Assembly (NCBI GenBank): GCA_951406725.2
Contig: OX597814.1
Coordinates: 176,824,001-176,888,000 of the forward strand
DNA length: 64,000 nucleotides
Reading direction: 5' to 3'
Source: Octopus vulgaris
Lineage: Eukaryota
The translations under genes and the position numbers were made by a program. Positions 49,851 through 63,916 of this stretch are shown piece after piece; the stretch's first letter is position 1; every line of letters begins with the position of its first letter. Under the pieces are notes generated by a model, which was not told the DNA's origin, did no database searches, and worked only from the letters and a program-made list of their open reading frames with translations.

Positions 49851-51155
49851 TCATCATCATTTAATGTCTGCCTTTCATGCTAGCATGGTTGGGATGGTTT
49901 CACAAGAGCCAGCTAGGCCAAAGCCTGCACCAGACTTCTGTGACTGTTTCGGCAGGATTTTTACAGCTGGATGCCCTTCCTAACACCAACCACTCAGCAG
50001 AGTGAACTTAGCGCTTTTTTTGTGGCACAAGCACAGATGAGGTGAGTAGTGCTTTTTACGTGGCACAAATACAGGCAAGGTCAGTTTTGGCAAGGTCTTT
50101 ACAGCTGGATGCCCTTCTGAATACCAACCCCTTTACAGTGTGGACTGGGTGCTTTTAAGTGGCACCTGCACGGTCACCAAGTACTTGCAAGATAAAAACT
50201 TTCAAGAGAGGAAGAGACATTGGAGGAGGTGATCTTGTGTTAGACGATGAAAAGGTTATAGTGGGACAGATACAAGTGTCTTGCTGTAGAAGTACAAGGT
50301 TACCCAGCCGGAGAGAGAAAGATCAAGAATGAAGACAAAGAGGTGTGCTACTGCAAAGGAAATACACAGTTAGCCAACCTGAAGGAAGTGCAGGAGAAGG
50401 AGAGAGAGTGGGAGACAGCAGGATAGAGATGGTGGCAAAATACTGGGCATACTCACAAGAAACAGGGATCAGAATATAAATAGGATGGTTGAGTAAGGGA
50501 AGAGAGAGATACAGATAGTGGCAAGTGCCAGGGCATACATACCCTTGAGGTGCAAATGCCATAATGTAAGTAACAGGAAATTGCAAAGGCAATGTGAATA
50601 AAGTGTGCAAATAAGTGATGAATGATCTGGGTATGTCTGGAGTTGGGAGGGGCTACTGGATAGCAATGATAGAGGGACAGGGGTGTCAGGACAGGATTGG
50701 GGTGAGAGAGCTAGGCATAGTGCATGAAGGACTTATGTGTGAGTGGAACATACAGATTGGGGGCAAGCAGATAGATACTAGAGTGAGACAGGACATGTGG
50801 GTAGAACACACAGGTCAGGGGCAAGCAGAGAGCAATGATACAGTGGCACAGGGCCAAGAGGATAGGATTGGGGAGTGAGAGGTAATTAAAGTACATGAAG
50901 CAGTAATGTGAGGAATAGAAGTAGAGATGTAGTTTGGTTTGTTGTGGTAAAGTGTGTGAGAAGTTTTCTTGTTAAGTGATGGTGGGACACACAGAGCTTC
51001 TAGAACTGTTTCTCTGATGTGGGATGGTCTTCTCAAGAACTTCATATCGCCAGACATCTCTGTTCACTGTCATTTCCTCCTTGAGGGCCAACTTCCTGAG
51101 ATTGGTCCTTACCACTTCATCGCACATCTTCCTGGGTCTCCCTCTTCCATGGGCA
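49851..51155 (-). mobile_element. 5'-truncated RTE LINE: ORF end plus ~1.1-kb 3' UTR ending in the family A tail
   Basis: GRGRPRKMCDEVVRTNLRKLALKEEMTVNRDVWRYEVLEKT, then a pyrimidine-rich UTR, AGGAAGGGCATCCAGCTG and (GAT)n. Confidence 0.75.
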
Positions 51156-51349
51156 TCACACATACACACACGATAAGCTTTTTTCAGTTTCTCTTTACTA
51201 AACAGCTATAAGAAGATGACAAGAATTTAACTAAGGATAAACAACTGGGCTTTTTTTCAGCATTATCTGGCATTGAGTCCAGCTAAATTTTTCTTCCACT
51301 CTTTTTTGTTTCATATTAAATCCTAGTGTATGATAAACTTTAATCTTTT

Positions 51350-51955
51350 CTTTTATCTTTTGTTTCAATCATTAGACTGTGGCCATGCAGGGGCACCACT
51401 TTGAATTTTTAGTTGAATGAATCAATGCCAGTACTTTTTTTATTTTAAAACCTGATACTTATTTCATTAATCTATTTTGCCAAATCATTAATTTACAGGG
51501 ATGTGAACACACCAACACCAGTTGTCAAGTGGTGGTGGAGGACAAAAACAGACACAAAGACACACACACACACACACATAATGGGCTTCTTTCAGTCTCT
51601 GTCTACCAAATCTGCTCCCAATACTTTGGTCAGCCTGAAGCTATAATAGAAGACACTTGCCCAAAATGCCATGCAATGGGACCAAACCCAGAACCATATG
51701 GTTGGGAAGCAAGCTTTTTACCACACAGCCACACCTGTGCCTAATCTATTTCTTTACTACCCACAAGGGGCTAAACACAGAGAGGACAAACAAGGACAGA
51801 CAAACGGATTAAGTCAATTACATCGACCCCAGTGCGTAACTGGTAGTTAATTTATCGACCCCGAAAGGATGAAAGGCAAAGTCGACCTCAGAACATAACA
51901 GCAGACGAAATACAGCTACACATTTCGCCCGGTGTACTAACGTTTCTGCCAGCTC
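51350..51955 (-). mobile_element. Adjacent family B (51350-51742) and family C (51747-51955) SINEs
   Basis: Family motifs on the minus strand. Confidence 0.8.
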
Positions 51956-52271
51956 TTGACATTTTTGTTCATTCTGTTTAATTTTGAAATGCAAAGCAAT
52001 TTCTGTTGTATATTTTATTTTATGCTTTTAACTATTTACAATTATACTCAGTAGTCTATGTTCAGTTATGCCAAAAAAGTGAATGGAAAGATGACATTTG
52101 ATGCAAGGTGATAATGAAAGAGCACCAACAACTCTACTTTGCATGTAATGACTCAGATAAAGTCTTTAATGGGTTAACAAGTTCAGTAGTTAGATGTGGG
52201 GAATCAGCAATTAAGTGCAGGTGAATGATCTATGAGAGCTGTTCAGGTCAAATAAGAGCCGTTTATATATA

Positions 52272-52658
52272 TTCTTTTATTTGTTTTAATTATTTGATTG
52301 TGGCTATGCTGGAGCACTGCCTTTAGTCGAACAAACTGCCCCAGGACTTATTTTTTGCAAGCCTAGTACTTATCCTATTGGTCTCTTTTGCCAAACCACT
52401 AAGTTACGGGGATGTAGACAACAACATCGGTTGTCAAGAGATGATGGGGGGGGACAAACACAGACAGACAAACATACACACGCACACATAAAAACGACAA
52501 GCTTCTTTCAGTTTCCGTCTACCAAATCCATTCACAAGGCTTTGGTCGGCCCGAGGCTATAGTAGAAGACACTTGCCCAAGGTTCCATGCAGTGGGACTG
52601 AGCCTGGAACCATGTGGGTAGTAGGCAAGCTACTTACCACACTGCCACTCCTGTTCCT
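52272..52658 (-). mobile_element. SINE family B
   Basis: Full-length reverse-complement copy. Confidence 0.85.
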
Positions 52659-55462
52659 GGTTAGTATTGAAAGTTAATGTGACTATACAGAGAAGATAAG
52701 TACACAGATGTGGAAGAATAATACACATTGAGTCATATCACACCATGATGTGATATTACAAGGCATCCGCAAGAGATACAGACTAAGGAAGAACTAGGAA
52801 GAAGCAGACAGATCAAATCTGATAAGATTATAAGGGATTAAGACACATGGAAGGTTGGTTTATTGCAAATTTGTGACAATCTATGCAGATGGCATCTCTG
52901 AGTAATTTCTCTCAGGAGCTAATTATTTTATTTTGTTAAATATGCTAATTTTTCAGTGCTTACTCATCATCATCATCATCATCATCGTCACCACATTGTA
53001 CATTTATTTAGTAATCTCCTCCCATCACTACTTTAGGAAGAATGGCATAGCGTTTGTTTTGCCAAATAAAACTGAAACATGTCTGGAGCTGTCTCGCATA
53101 TTTGCCAAAATGATTAAAATAATACTGGTCACCGTGCTAATGTTGTTGTTTCTCTACTGCATAATTATTTTCAATTGGCGTTTATGCTGCTTACTGCTTT
53201 AAATATGTCAACATTGACTTCACAGTTGTTTTGCATGAGGATGTCATCTGAGTAATTAACCTCAGTGATATGCTGACAAGTTACCTAATATCACTAACTG
53301 GGAGGTGTTTTCTCACCATCACAATCTTTCTCAGACAATCATTACGAAAGCTAAAGATGTCTCCAGATATCCTTAAACCAGCAAACTATCTCACTTCCTA
53401 AATTGTAGTCGAGCTGTCTGGTCTACTGTCTACATGCTCTCAAACTTTCTAGGATGCTCCGGCTACTGAAGCCACCAACACATTTGCTGCTAATTTTCCT
53501 AACCTACACCCTACAATATTAAAACTCACAACAAGCTCTTTGTAAAAGTAAAAATTATGCTGAATAAACAGGAATGAATATATGCAAATTTTCTGATGAA
53601 TATGAAACGTTTCAAATTTGTTTATTGAAAATTAATTGGTCTAATCTCAGTCATGTGACTGGAAAAATTAAGAGTTTTGTAATTAAAATATAGTGTTTTC
53701 TGGTTCAAATATCCCAAATCATCTATGGAAATTTTTTGCTACCCGGTTTCATTGACTGTTCAGTTTGTGACATATCATTATCATCAGCATTTAACATCCC
53801 CTTCTTCATACTTGCATGGTCAGGTGGATGCCCTTCCTATTTCCAAAGTAATATTTCCCACAGCAAAACATGAATTTCATGGAAGACTGTAAACGGATAT
53901 CACTTGTATAGCAGCAATACTTGTTCACAATAACCATCACATGATGTCAAATCAAAAGTATACACACACATTATATACATTTATATGACAAGATACTGTC
54001 AACCACAAGGTTTTTGGTCAGGCCAGGGTTACAGTAGAAGACAATTGCTCAAGGTGCCACACAGTTTAACTGAACCTTAGACCACATGGCTGGGAAGCAA
54101 GTTTCTTAACCATACAGCTAAGTATGTACTTATTCGATGGTTGGTATTAGGAAGGGCATCCAAATGTAGAAACCATGCCAGAACAGACATGGAGCCTGAA
54201 CAGCTCTCCAACTGGAAAACAACAATCACCCTATGACTTTTAGTAGCATCCTTTACTTGTCTCTATTGCCTATGGACTTATGAAAAAGGTGTGATGGTGT
54301 TGGCATTCTAGTTTGCTGAACAACCAGCATGATGAATATTATCGTAATGGGCAAGGTTTGTGCTGAGCCAGTCTCACTCTTTTGTCCTTCAAACTTGTAT
54401 TGGCTTGGCGCAACAAGTACCACAAATCCAGTAGTTATCAGGATGAAAGATTTATATGAAGTCATTTTCCTTTAGATGAGGAACTAAAGAACTGAAGGGC
54501 CTCATGCTCTGGGTCTGTTGGGGGTTTTTGCAAGTGACCTTCCAGAGGTAATTCCATGGCAAGTTAAGTAACCCATAGCTGGGGCTCTGACTGGTGCTAC
54601 TATGCTGGGTCAGAAATGACCTGGGAATAAAGGTGGCTAAGAGGTGGTTCTGCATTCCTCAAAATCCTGAAACTCCTATACCAGAGTCCCACTACCAAAT
54701 GCAGTTTATATATAATTTTTAAGTAAGAAATGTAGTGATTATTTTGAATAAGAAAACAACTCAAAATTACTCTTTCTCTCCAAATGATGACATTGGAAGT
54801 ATACATCTTAAATACAGTTGTTTGAGTTGCAAAAAAACAGCAGCTAAATCTACTTGAAATCACACCCAATCATCTTTGCTATATAAAAAGCTGGGATGGC
54901 CATGGCTGAAATACCTTTGATTATAGGTCTGATTCATTAAGGCTGACCTGGAGCTGGACATCAGCACCATGTCTAACATCAAAATAAAAAGGAAGCTTCT
55001 TATAAACATAGATTATCAACTGGTTATTATTATCAAAATTAATGGGTTCCACTCGTATTTTCTTACCCAGTTGTTATTAGAAAAAATTTGTCCCAAAATG
55101 ATCACAATAAGCAACTTCTACTGTATTCAGTATTAATAATATATACTGTCCAAGGATGTCTAAGGTTAAGTTTCATAAGAGTTTTACGCATAATTACACA
55201 ATAATCTGAACATTCTAATTAGCAGGTTTATAACATTTAAATATGGCAGTAAACAGGTGTAACTGGATCTGATTTCTAGAAGGCCTCTTATTAAATTTTG
55301 TATTTTGTCATTACAACCATTATAGATAAAGGTGTGTGGCCTACTAGCTAAGGTATGGGACTCAATTGTAAGGTTGCAGTTTCAATTCTCAAACTGAGCA
55401 ATATATTGTGTTCTTGAGCAAAACAATTTCTCATTTTTCCAGTCCACTCAGTTGGAAACATA

Positions 55463-55797
55463 GTGAAGGCTCATGGCTCAGTGGTTAGAGTGTTGAGCTT
55501 ACAAATGCGAGGTTGTGAGTTCGAATCCCGAACCAGGTTGCGTGTTGTGTTCTTGAGCAAGACACTATTTCACGTTGCTCCAATTCAGTCAGCTGTAGAA
55601 ATGAGTTGCGATGTCACATGTGCCAAGCTGTATTGGCCCCTTTGCCTTTCTCTTGGATAACACTGGTGGCGTGGAGAGGGGAGGCCAGTATGCATGGGCA
55701 ACTGCTGGTCTTCCATAAACAACCTTGCCCGGACTTGTGCCTCGGAGGGTAATTTTCTAGGTGCAATCCCATGGTCAGTCATGACTGAAGGGGGTCT
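55463..55797 (+). mobile_element. SINE family D
   Basis: A and B boxes (TGGCTCAGTGG, GAGTTCGAATCC); body shared with 23449-23772. Confidence 0.85.
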
Positions 55798-56461
55798 CAG
55801 TAGCAGTTGAAAACAAGTACCAGTTATATCTAGGGGTTATTTTCACAACAGATAAGTGACCTGTTCAATGGGAAATATTGCATGCTTCTTCTGGGTTTCC
55901 AAGCGTATCATTTGTTTGTTGCTTGTTGTGTATCATTTGTTTGTTGAACTCATGTAGCAGAACTACTATCAAAGATATTCCAGCTGTGACCATCTTTATT
56001 TCTTTTTCTTTTCATTTCTCAGGTCTCTTAGAAATAGTGTATCTAAGATTGCATCATCTAATTTGAAGGAAATCTGGTTGCTATCTCTTGCAGGTTGAGT
56101 GACTATGCAGAAGTTACCTGAATGGCTTTTGGTATTTTTTCTTTGTCTGGGTTAACTTGGTTTGAATTGGTTTGGTTTATCAGTAAGGCTTACTTAACCT
56201 TATGTTTTCAGTTTCCTTTCCATTGTCAACATGTTTTCAATAGTTTGTACGTGGGGTAACAGACAAAATGCTTTTCAGTGTTTATCTTTATAATTTACAT
56301 TCTAAATTTAACTCCTACCTCGTCACATACTATAATCAGCTGTAGTGTCGCCCTCCCAAATTTGAGAAGTTAGTTTTGGGACATGCTGTAGGATGAAAAA
56401 CAAGATATCAAAGAATGGATTAACTCAAGTGAATCAATGGCAATCCAATCACATTAAATAA

Positions 56462-56495
<34 letters not shown>

Positions 56496-57116
56496 GTTTT
56501 GAGGTTTTTTCTTGAGATCTGAGTAAAGGTTAGCTCTTCACAGACCATCATATTTCTGAGTCAATCAGCCCCTATGAAAGAGATGATAACTCTTTCCATC
56601 AAAATCCTGTTCCATGCCTGAAATGGTCTGTTGGAAACAACACTGTATGATGCTGGGTATAGATCAGTAAGGTAGGCCAAGCCCAATATTTTCAATTTGA
56701 GCTGCGATCACTTTGACATCAGATGTGTGGTACACTGAGCACCTGCACAACACAAACATTTGATCACTATCAACAAAGCAATCATGTAGGCTGCTCAGCA
56801 AGCCAGTGGCTCGACATAATATGTTGATACAATGAGCTACTTTCAGTTTCTGTTTACCAAATCCACTTACAAGAGTTTGGTCAGCCTGGGGTGAGAGCAG
56901 AAAACACTTGTCCAAGGTGCCACATGGGACTGAACCCAAGACCATATGGTTGGGAATCAAGCTTCTTAACCACAAAACCATATGTATGCCTACAACTAAG
57001 AATGAATTAAATGAGTGTATGCTGTGTATTTCAGTCTAAACAATAAATAAATTTTATACAAAATGTAATTTAATACATATTAAGTATTGACAAAATAAAG
57101 CAAAATAAAAACCAAC

Positions 57117-57517
57117 AGGTGTGGCTGTTTGGTAAGAAGCTTGCTTCCCAACCAAATGGTTCCAGGTTCAGTCCCACTGTATGGCACCTTGGACAAGTGT
57201 CTTCTACTATATCCTTGGGCTGACCAAAGACTTGTGAGTGAACTTGGTAGATGGAAAATGAAAGGAGCCCATTGTGTGTGTGTGTGTATATATAATTTGT
57301 GTGTGTGTGTGTGTCCCCCAAACATTGTCTGATAACCAATGTTGATGTGTTTACATCCCTGTAACTTAATGGTTTGGCAAAAGAGACTGATAGAATAAGT
57401 ACAAGGCTTACAGAAAATAAGTCCGAGGGCTGATTTCTATGACTAAAAAGCCCTTTAAGGCAGTGCTCCAGCATAGTTACAGTCAAATGACTGAAACAAG
57501 TAAAAGAATAAAAGAAT
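57117..57517 (+). mobile_element. SINE family B
   Basis: Head, GGCACCTTGGACAAGTGTC core and tail are all present. Confidence 0.85.
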
Positions 57518-60500
57518 ATTACAAAAAATTAGACAAAAATTTGGAATTAATGTCCAGAATGCATTCAGAAAAGCTAATTTCACCTCCGTTGAAAATAAAT
57601 AAATTTAAATAAATAAATAAAATTGCTGATCTTTGTTATTGAGGAAAATATTCAGCCAAACACCTGTGTCTCTCAGATATAATGATATCTTTTAACATTT
57701 AGCTCCACCTTTAAATGGTGACATTAAGTAGAAGAGAAATGTTAAAACTCAGCTGTTTATTACAACTGAAACAGTTTTGTAAACAAGCCTTGCTCAAGAA
57801 TGGGTCCTTTGTATTTAGTTGTGCCAAATTCTATGCAATAACATAACTACTTCCTGTTCGTCATTTCATTGGTGTTAACAGTTACATCTGCTATGGTTAA
57901 AAATACATATATCTATAGCTAGAAGTAATATTATATTAACTAAAAATAACCAGAGGAGCCAATGCAAGAGCTTCTATGTCTTGATATCTACTAGAAATAA
58001 GAGCCAAGTCTCATATCATGTGCTACTGCTTTCAGGTAAAAGACACAGACAAAATAATATAGACCTGCATAAAAAAAAAGAGAAAAATATTTGGCAGTCC
58101 TCTTTGCAGGAGATATTCAGTTTCACTATCTTAGATTGATTATCCAACCATATGAAAGACCATTATGAGGTTGCTTGATCTGGTAGAAATAGTAGCTAAA
58201 TATTACTTAAATCATACTCTACCATCTTAAATTAATGGTATGCTAGACACTGTAATCCCATCTACATTATGCTGTATATAAAAAAAGATGGGATGGACAT
58301 GGAGGGAATATCTGTTGACCCAGAGTTAAACAACAAATTTAGATTTCCCATCCAGAGTATAAGCAATGGAGTTTGTGAGAAACCTATCTGCAATAATTTA
58401 AAATTAGATACCTATTTCTTTACTACCCACAAGGGGCTAAGTACAGAGAGGACAAACAAGGACAGACAAACGGATTAAGTCGATTATATGTTGTGGAGGA
58501 CATACAACCATAGAAACCATGTCAAAAATAGAACATATGACACTATTCTGAGACCTATCTAAGAGTGTAGTACTTTAAAAATAAAAGCTTGGACCATGAC
58601 AAACCATCCAACCTAGGCTAGTGTGGAAAGTGGATGTAAACTGATGATGATTTCATAAATCAGACAGGGAGTGTTAGTATCCAGGAAGCGTGGTTTTTCT
58701 CCATCCAGACTATTGAGACAGATGCAGTTCCTGTTTAGCTGAACATCTGTGGGCCAATGCTTGCAAAAACAGAAGCATGAGGTGAAAGAATGAGTTGACA
58801 TATTTAGTGTGCATGGGGGGGATGAGATAAGAAGGTAAAAGGAGGAGAAGGATGAGAGACAAGTGAGTTGAGCCTGGGTGAAGATGGCACGTGGCTAACT
58901 GGTTCAGAAAAGCGGGGACTTTCGTAAGAGAGGGGAAAAGAGAATAAAACTGCATATCAAGTGTCAAGTTCAGATCAATCAAGAAAGAGCTGAGCAACTG
59001 TTTCCTTTTAAGATGGTTTATAAAAGCTTGAGAGATATCTGACAAAATCAATGAATCAAGCTAAATGTTGGCATCTCACAGTTACTAAGTTAAGTTGATT
59101 TCCTTCTTTTCCTTTTTTCTTCTTCTTTGTTGTGGGCCACAAGCTTAGAAGAATCAATAGAAGTCAGCAACAGGTGATACCTTGCATAAATTATTTCGAT
59201 AGTTTAGAAATATGGGACAGTCAGAAAACCTAGCCTACTTTCTATTCACATTGAAAGATGGTATTACATCTGCACATGTAACAATGGCAATATGAATGAC
59301 ATCATTTTCATAACTTTTCTTTCACATCACTGCTCTTCAAAGGAAAGAAGCATGCAGTTTTTCTTTTAGCATGTTTACCATTATCATTATTGTTTTTGAT
59401 ATTAATCAATTAAATTTCAACGAATTTCGCTTCATTTATACATGGTATCAGTAGCACACAGACCAGCCAGTATCTAACAAACCAACATAGCTAATTTAGG
59501 TCATTACTTTAATGACCCAACTAGGAGTTTTAAATTTTAATTCAACTGCAATTTGAGTATCCATTTAGTACACTAGTGTGTATAGAAAGGATGTTTAAGC
59601 AATAGATTACAAAGGCTTTTTGTAATTATGAAATAAATTATGTCAGGAATAAACATTCTTATTTAAAACAAAGTACTGAAAGAGCATGTGTGCGAGTGTA
59701 AAATATGAGAATAAATTTACAGGAATAGATTTGATAAACAAAACATACATTCAACTTTGCTGTTTAAATAAATGTTATCATTTAACCATAGGGAACAAAC
59801 TCAAGAACAGCTCGACTAGTTTGAACAAATTATTGCTCCCTTATCAGAAGTATTGATTCATGTTCATCCTACAGAGAGGAAGCAGATTAGAGCTGCATAC
59901 AAGTTATTCACAACTTATCCATATACACAATGTCTCGGAACCTTAGTTATTTTATACAAACTCACCAGCAAAAGTACTGATATGGAAAGGAGTAAAATTA
60001 GTAAAATTAGCACTTGTTGCTCATAGGTTGTTTTATAAGCAGCTCAAAGATGCTTGCTCTCTTTGTGGGACTAACATCAGTTGGCACTTGTGATAAGGTA
60101 GCAGTAACCAGATAGAACTAAATGAGATGTACTTTCAATTCATTCTGCAGAGAGGGTCTTGTGGTTTAGCCAGAGATTGTATGTACAGCAGGGGTGAATG
60201 TATGCTTTGTTTATCAAAGCATAAACATGTGAATTTCTTCCTAATGACAGCATAAAAAAAAAAGGAAAAAAAGATAAAAATCCTATCATAAATTCATAGC
60301 AAAACCTAAACATACCAGAAACAAGAAACTATATTATGTTTATATAGTATTCAGGTTCTCTCTTTTCGTACACTTAAGTAAAGGGACACACTATAAAGAG
60401 TATTAGGAGCGACCTAATTTTGTCTTTTCTATTGCTGATATGAATCTACCTAACATCGTTACAATAAATATTGCACAGGACGGAAGTCAAAATGTGTTCC

Positions 60501-61187
60501 AGTGTGAACATCCGTTTATGGAATGGAGAGGTGCTCAATATTAAAACTAGCTCTATTAGCAATATGAAGTGAACCATAAATATGTAGAAGACAGAGGATG
60601 TAGATTGAGAATCAAATACAGTAAACACACACACACACACATATTTATATATTAGGCAGAGACATAGTTGTGAAGTTGATGGAATCTGTTTCATATTCAA
60701 ATGGCTTCAGGCTCCATCCCATTGTGTAGATCTTGGACAAGTGTCTTTTACTATAGCCTTAGATTGATTTACCAATTACCCTGTGAGGGTAATTGGTAGA
60801 TGGAAACTATACAGAAGCTTATTTTGCAACCATATGGTTTCAGGTTTAGTCTTACTGAACAGCACATAGGGCAATTGTCTTCTACTATAGCCCAAGGTCG
60901 ACCAATACTTTGTAAGTCAATTAGGTAGATGGAAATGGTGTTAAATCCCATCACATGTGTGTGTGTGTGTGTGTGTGTGTGTAGGTGTCCACTTCCATCA
61001 CTTGACAACCAATGTTGGTTTGTTTACATTCCTGTAAGTTAGTGGTTTGGTAAAAGACTGATAGAATAAGTACCTCACTTAGAAAAAAAAAGTACTGGGA
61101 TTGATTTATTTAACTGTAAACCCTTCAAGATGGTACCCTAGCATGGCTGCAGTCCAATCATTGAAATGTGTGTGTGCATGTGAGTGC

Positions 61188-61228
<41 letters not shown>

Positions 61229-61231
<3 letters not shown>

Positions 61232-61462
61232 TCATCGTTTAACATCCGCTTTCCATGCTAGCATGGGTTGGACGGTTCAACTGGGGTCTGGGAAGCCAGG
61301 AGGCTGCACCAGGCCCAGTCTGATCTGGCAGCATTTCTACAGCTGGATGCCCTTCCTAATGCCAACCACTCTGAGTGTAGTGGGTGCTTTTTATGTGCCA
61401 CCGGCACAGGTGCCAGACGAGGCTGGCTGCGGCCACAATTGGTTGGTGCCTTTTACGTGCCA
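61229..61462 (-). mobile_element. Family A retroposon
   Basis: Reverse-complement copy next to (TA)n. Confidence 0.85.
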
Positions 61463-61814
61463 CACACACACATGTATATACACAGACATGTATAGTGTGT
61501 ATGCCTGTGTGCATGTATTTGTCTCCCTGTGTCTTCACAGACACCTTTTGGGTAATTAGGTATGACATTTATATCTCCTGTCAGCAATACAAACTGCAGC
61601 TTTGTAGTATTGTGATGTGAAGACCACTGGAATGAAAATACCTTACTTGGGAAATAGGTATGGGTTGACAACAGGAAGGGAAACTAAACATAGAACATTG
61701 CTTCATGAAGTTTTGTCCAATCTAAGAATGGAAAAAGTAGACAAATATAATTACAGCACTACTTAGTAAGCTAATTAGTAATTATATTAGAGCAGAACTG
61801 TATATATTTCATCT

Positions 61815-62650
61815 TCCTTTTGCACCACCAACTATACTTTTCCTTGAAAGCACTCCCATTTGTTATCTACCCTGCATTCTCAATATCATTCATTATCACT
61901 TTATTTTCATCAAATGCTCCTTTACCACGAACACTATCGCAGCCTCCCATCACCTTTGTCACTCACTATATCCACCCCTGTGTATCCTTAACTTCCATCT
62001 CTGTCACTGTGTATTCTTCTCTCACTTGCTCCACACTTCACATTCTCCCCCTAGTTTTCAATATACTGCTTCTCTCCATCCTTTCTTTTTGTACTGCCAC
62101 TTATCAACTCTTTCTCTCAGAACTACTATGATTTTCTTCACATTCCCCCTCGAACTGATATTCACCTTTGATCATATCTCTACCTGTGTTTGCCATTCAC
62201 TGCATTCACTTCTACCCCTGTCTCTAACCATCTGTGATTCTCCTTTCACTCTCACGAATTTACCCATCCACTCTTCCCAATCCTCAGTCTCTCTTACATC
62301 CACCTTTATGTGCCTTCAGTGTATACCCTGATACCACATCCCTATTTTTTCTCTTTCCAGCTGAGACACCTGTTGTCCCTTTATCATATGCCAGCTCCCT
62401 CATTACAACACCATCACTCAATGAAGCAGGGTCTTGTCTTGCAAGTTACTTGGTGACTTTACTAGTGTTGGTGTCATGTTAAAAAGCACCAAGTACATTC
62501 TGTAAAGTGGTTGGTATTAGGAAGGGTATTCAGTCATAGAAACCATACCAAGGTGGACATCAACACCTGATGCAGCCCACTGGTTTGTCAGATCTTGTTG
62601 AACTGTCCAACCTATGTCAACATGGAAGACAGGTCAAATGATGATGATTA
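61815..62650 (+). mobile_element. RTE-type 3' UTR remnant ending in the family A tail
   Basis: Long C/T-rich tract, then AAAAAGCACC...TAGGAAGGG...(GAT)n, as in 49851-50970. Confidence 0.55.
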
Positions 62651-63044
62651 TGAGTATAAATGTAAATGGAACAGCCAGCAATTTTGATGATGAGTACCAT
62701 AAATCTTCAAATATAGTCCGCCCTTGAGTATAATACGCAGGGAATTTTTAGGGGGCTGTGCTTCTGAAAAACCTAAACCTTGTGTATAATACACAATGTA
62801 GTTATAGAAGCATCAATGACAATTCAAAACTAACAGGAACAATGTAGAACGGTCATTGATGGTTTATGCTTTACAGGGAGCGAGAGGCTTAAGTATATAT
62901 CTTATATTTTACTTGTTTCAATCATTAGACTGCAGTCATGCTGGGACACAATCAATTCATGTGAAAGTGTATGTGCACTCACACACACGAGTAAAATTCT
63001 CATTCATTTATCCTTAAAATACTTTCTGTACTTAATTATGCTCA

Positions 63045-63230
63045 AACACGGGCAGGCAGCTGAAGACATGGGCAACGACGATAAAGGAGGACCTCTCCGA
63101 ACTCTCAGATCTGCGGGTGGTCGGTCTGCACAGATGGAACCGCGAATGGCTCACTATCTCCAGTGACCTCGCACAGGACCGTCGAGCATTGTTCAGCCAT
63201 GGTTTGTGATGCCACAAGTACAAGTGAGTA
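63045..63230 (+). mobile_element. RTE LINE 3' end
   Basis: Translates to GRQLKTWATTIKEDLSELSDLRVVGLHRWNREWLTISSDLAQDRRA, followed by an ACAAGTACAAGT tail. Confidence 0.8.
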
Positions 63231-63569
63231 AACACATACACAAATGAAATATGGAGATGTTAGACAAACATGAAGAAACAATTAAAAGTCTCAGTTTGTT
63301 GAGGGTGTTTTTTGTTTTCTTTGTCCCAGCATGTAGATGTATATTATGTGTAATTGAATAGGTTTATGATCAAAGGCATTTTGTTCATGACTATTTAAAT
63401 ATATTCTAGACAAAATAAACAAAATGAAAAAAATCCACCTAAACAATTTTTTAAGCCAGAAGGCCAAAATAGTAATTTAACATAATTTGTATACCTGTGA
63501 ATATATTAAACAGAGATGCACCTCCCACAATTTCTTATGTGCATGTTACTCTGTCTCATGTCTTCCTGC

Positions 63570-63715
63570 ATCTACCCCTTCCACATGTGGAAGGAGTAGA
63601 CCTAGGAAGACGTGGGATGAAGTGGTGAGAAAGGATCTTGATGTTGGGTCTTACAGAGGGGATGTCAATGGGATTGAGATTCCTGGCAGTTTGCTGTGCT
63701 GGAGAAGACATGTCA
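63570..63715 (+). mobile_element. RTE LINE C-terminal fragment
   Basis: Translates to TCGRSRPRKTWDEVVRKDL. Confidence 0.7.
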
Positions 63716-63729
63716 AGCTAAATAAAATT

Positions 63730-63916
63730 GGGGAGAATTCACGAAAAAACAAAAGATGAAGACAGGTGGTGTAGAAAACAAACAGATGTATTAGTATAAC
63801 GCTCAGGAATTGAAAAAGTCTTTTACATTTCGAGCCTACGCTTTTCTGCAGAAAGGGACACAGAAAAAAAACAAGGAGAGAAAAAAATGTGTGTAGTGGC
63901 TACCGATCTGTCATGG
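63730..63916 (-). mobile_element. Penelope-like terminal-repeat fragment with hammerhead-like motif at 63820-63855
   Basis: CUUU-CUGCAGA-A-AAGC-GUAG-GCUC-GAAA-U-GUA-AAAG; same family as 45830-46015. Confidence 0.55.

Noticed and set aside
53585-53620. CTGATGA-ATAT-GAAACGTTTC hammerhead look-alike
   Set aside because: Only 4 nt lie between the core boxes, so there is no stem II, and stem III does not pair.
55465-55540. tRNA-like sequences here and at 23450, 33335 and 49500
   Set aside because: They are SINE heads: A and B boxes are present, the cloverleaf is incomplete, and they run into shared repeat bodies.
58660-59060. Possible CR1/L2-type LINE remnant (DISQAF..., NSFF...)
   Set aside because: Too decayed to support by eye; it needs a profile search.
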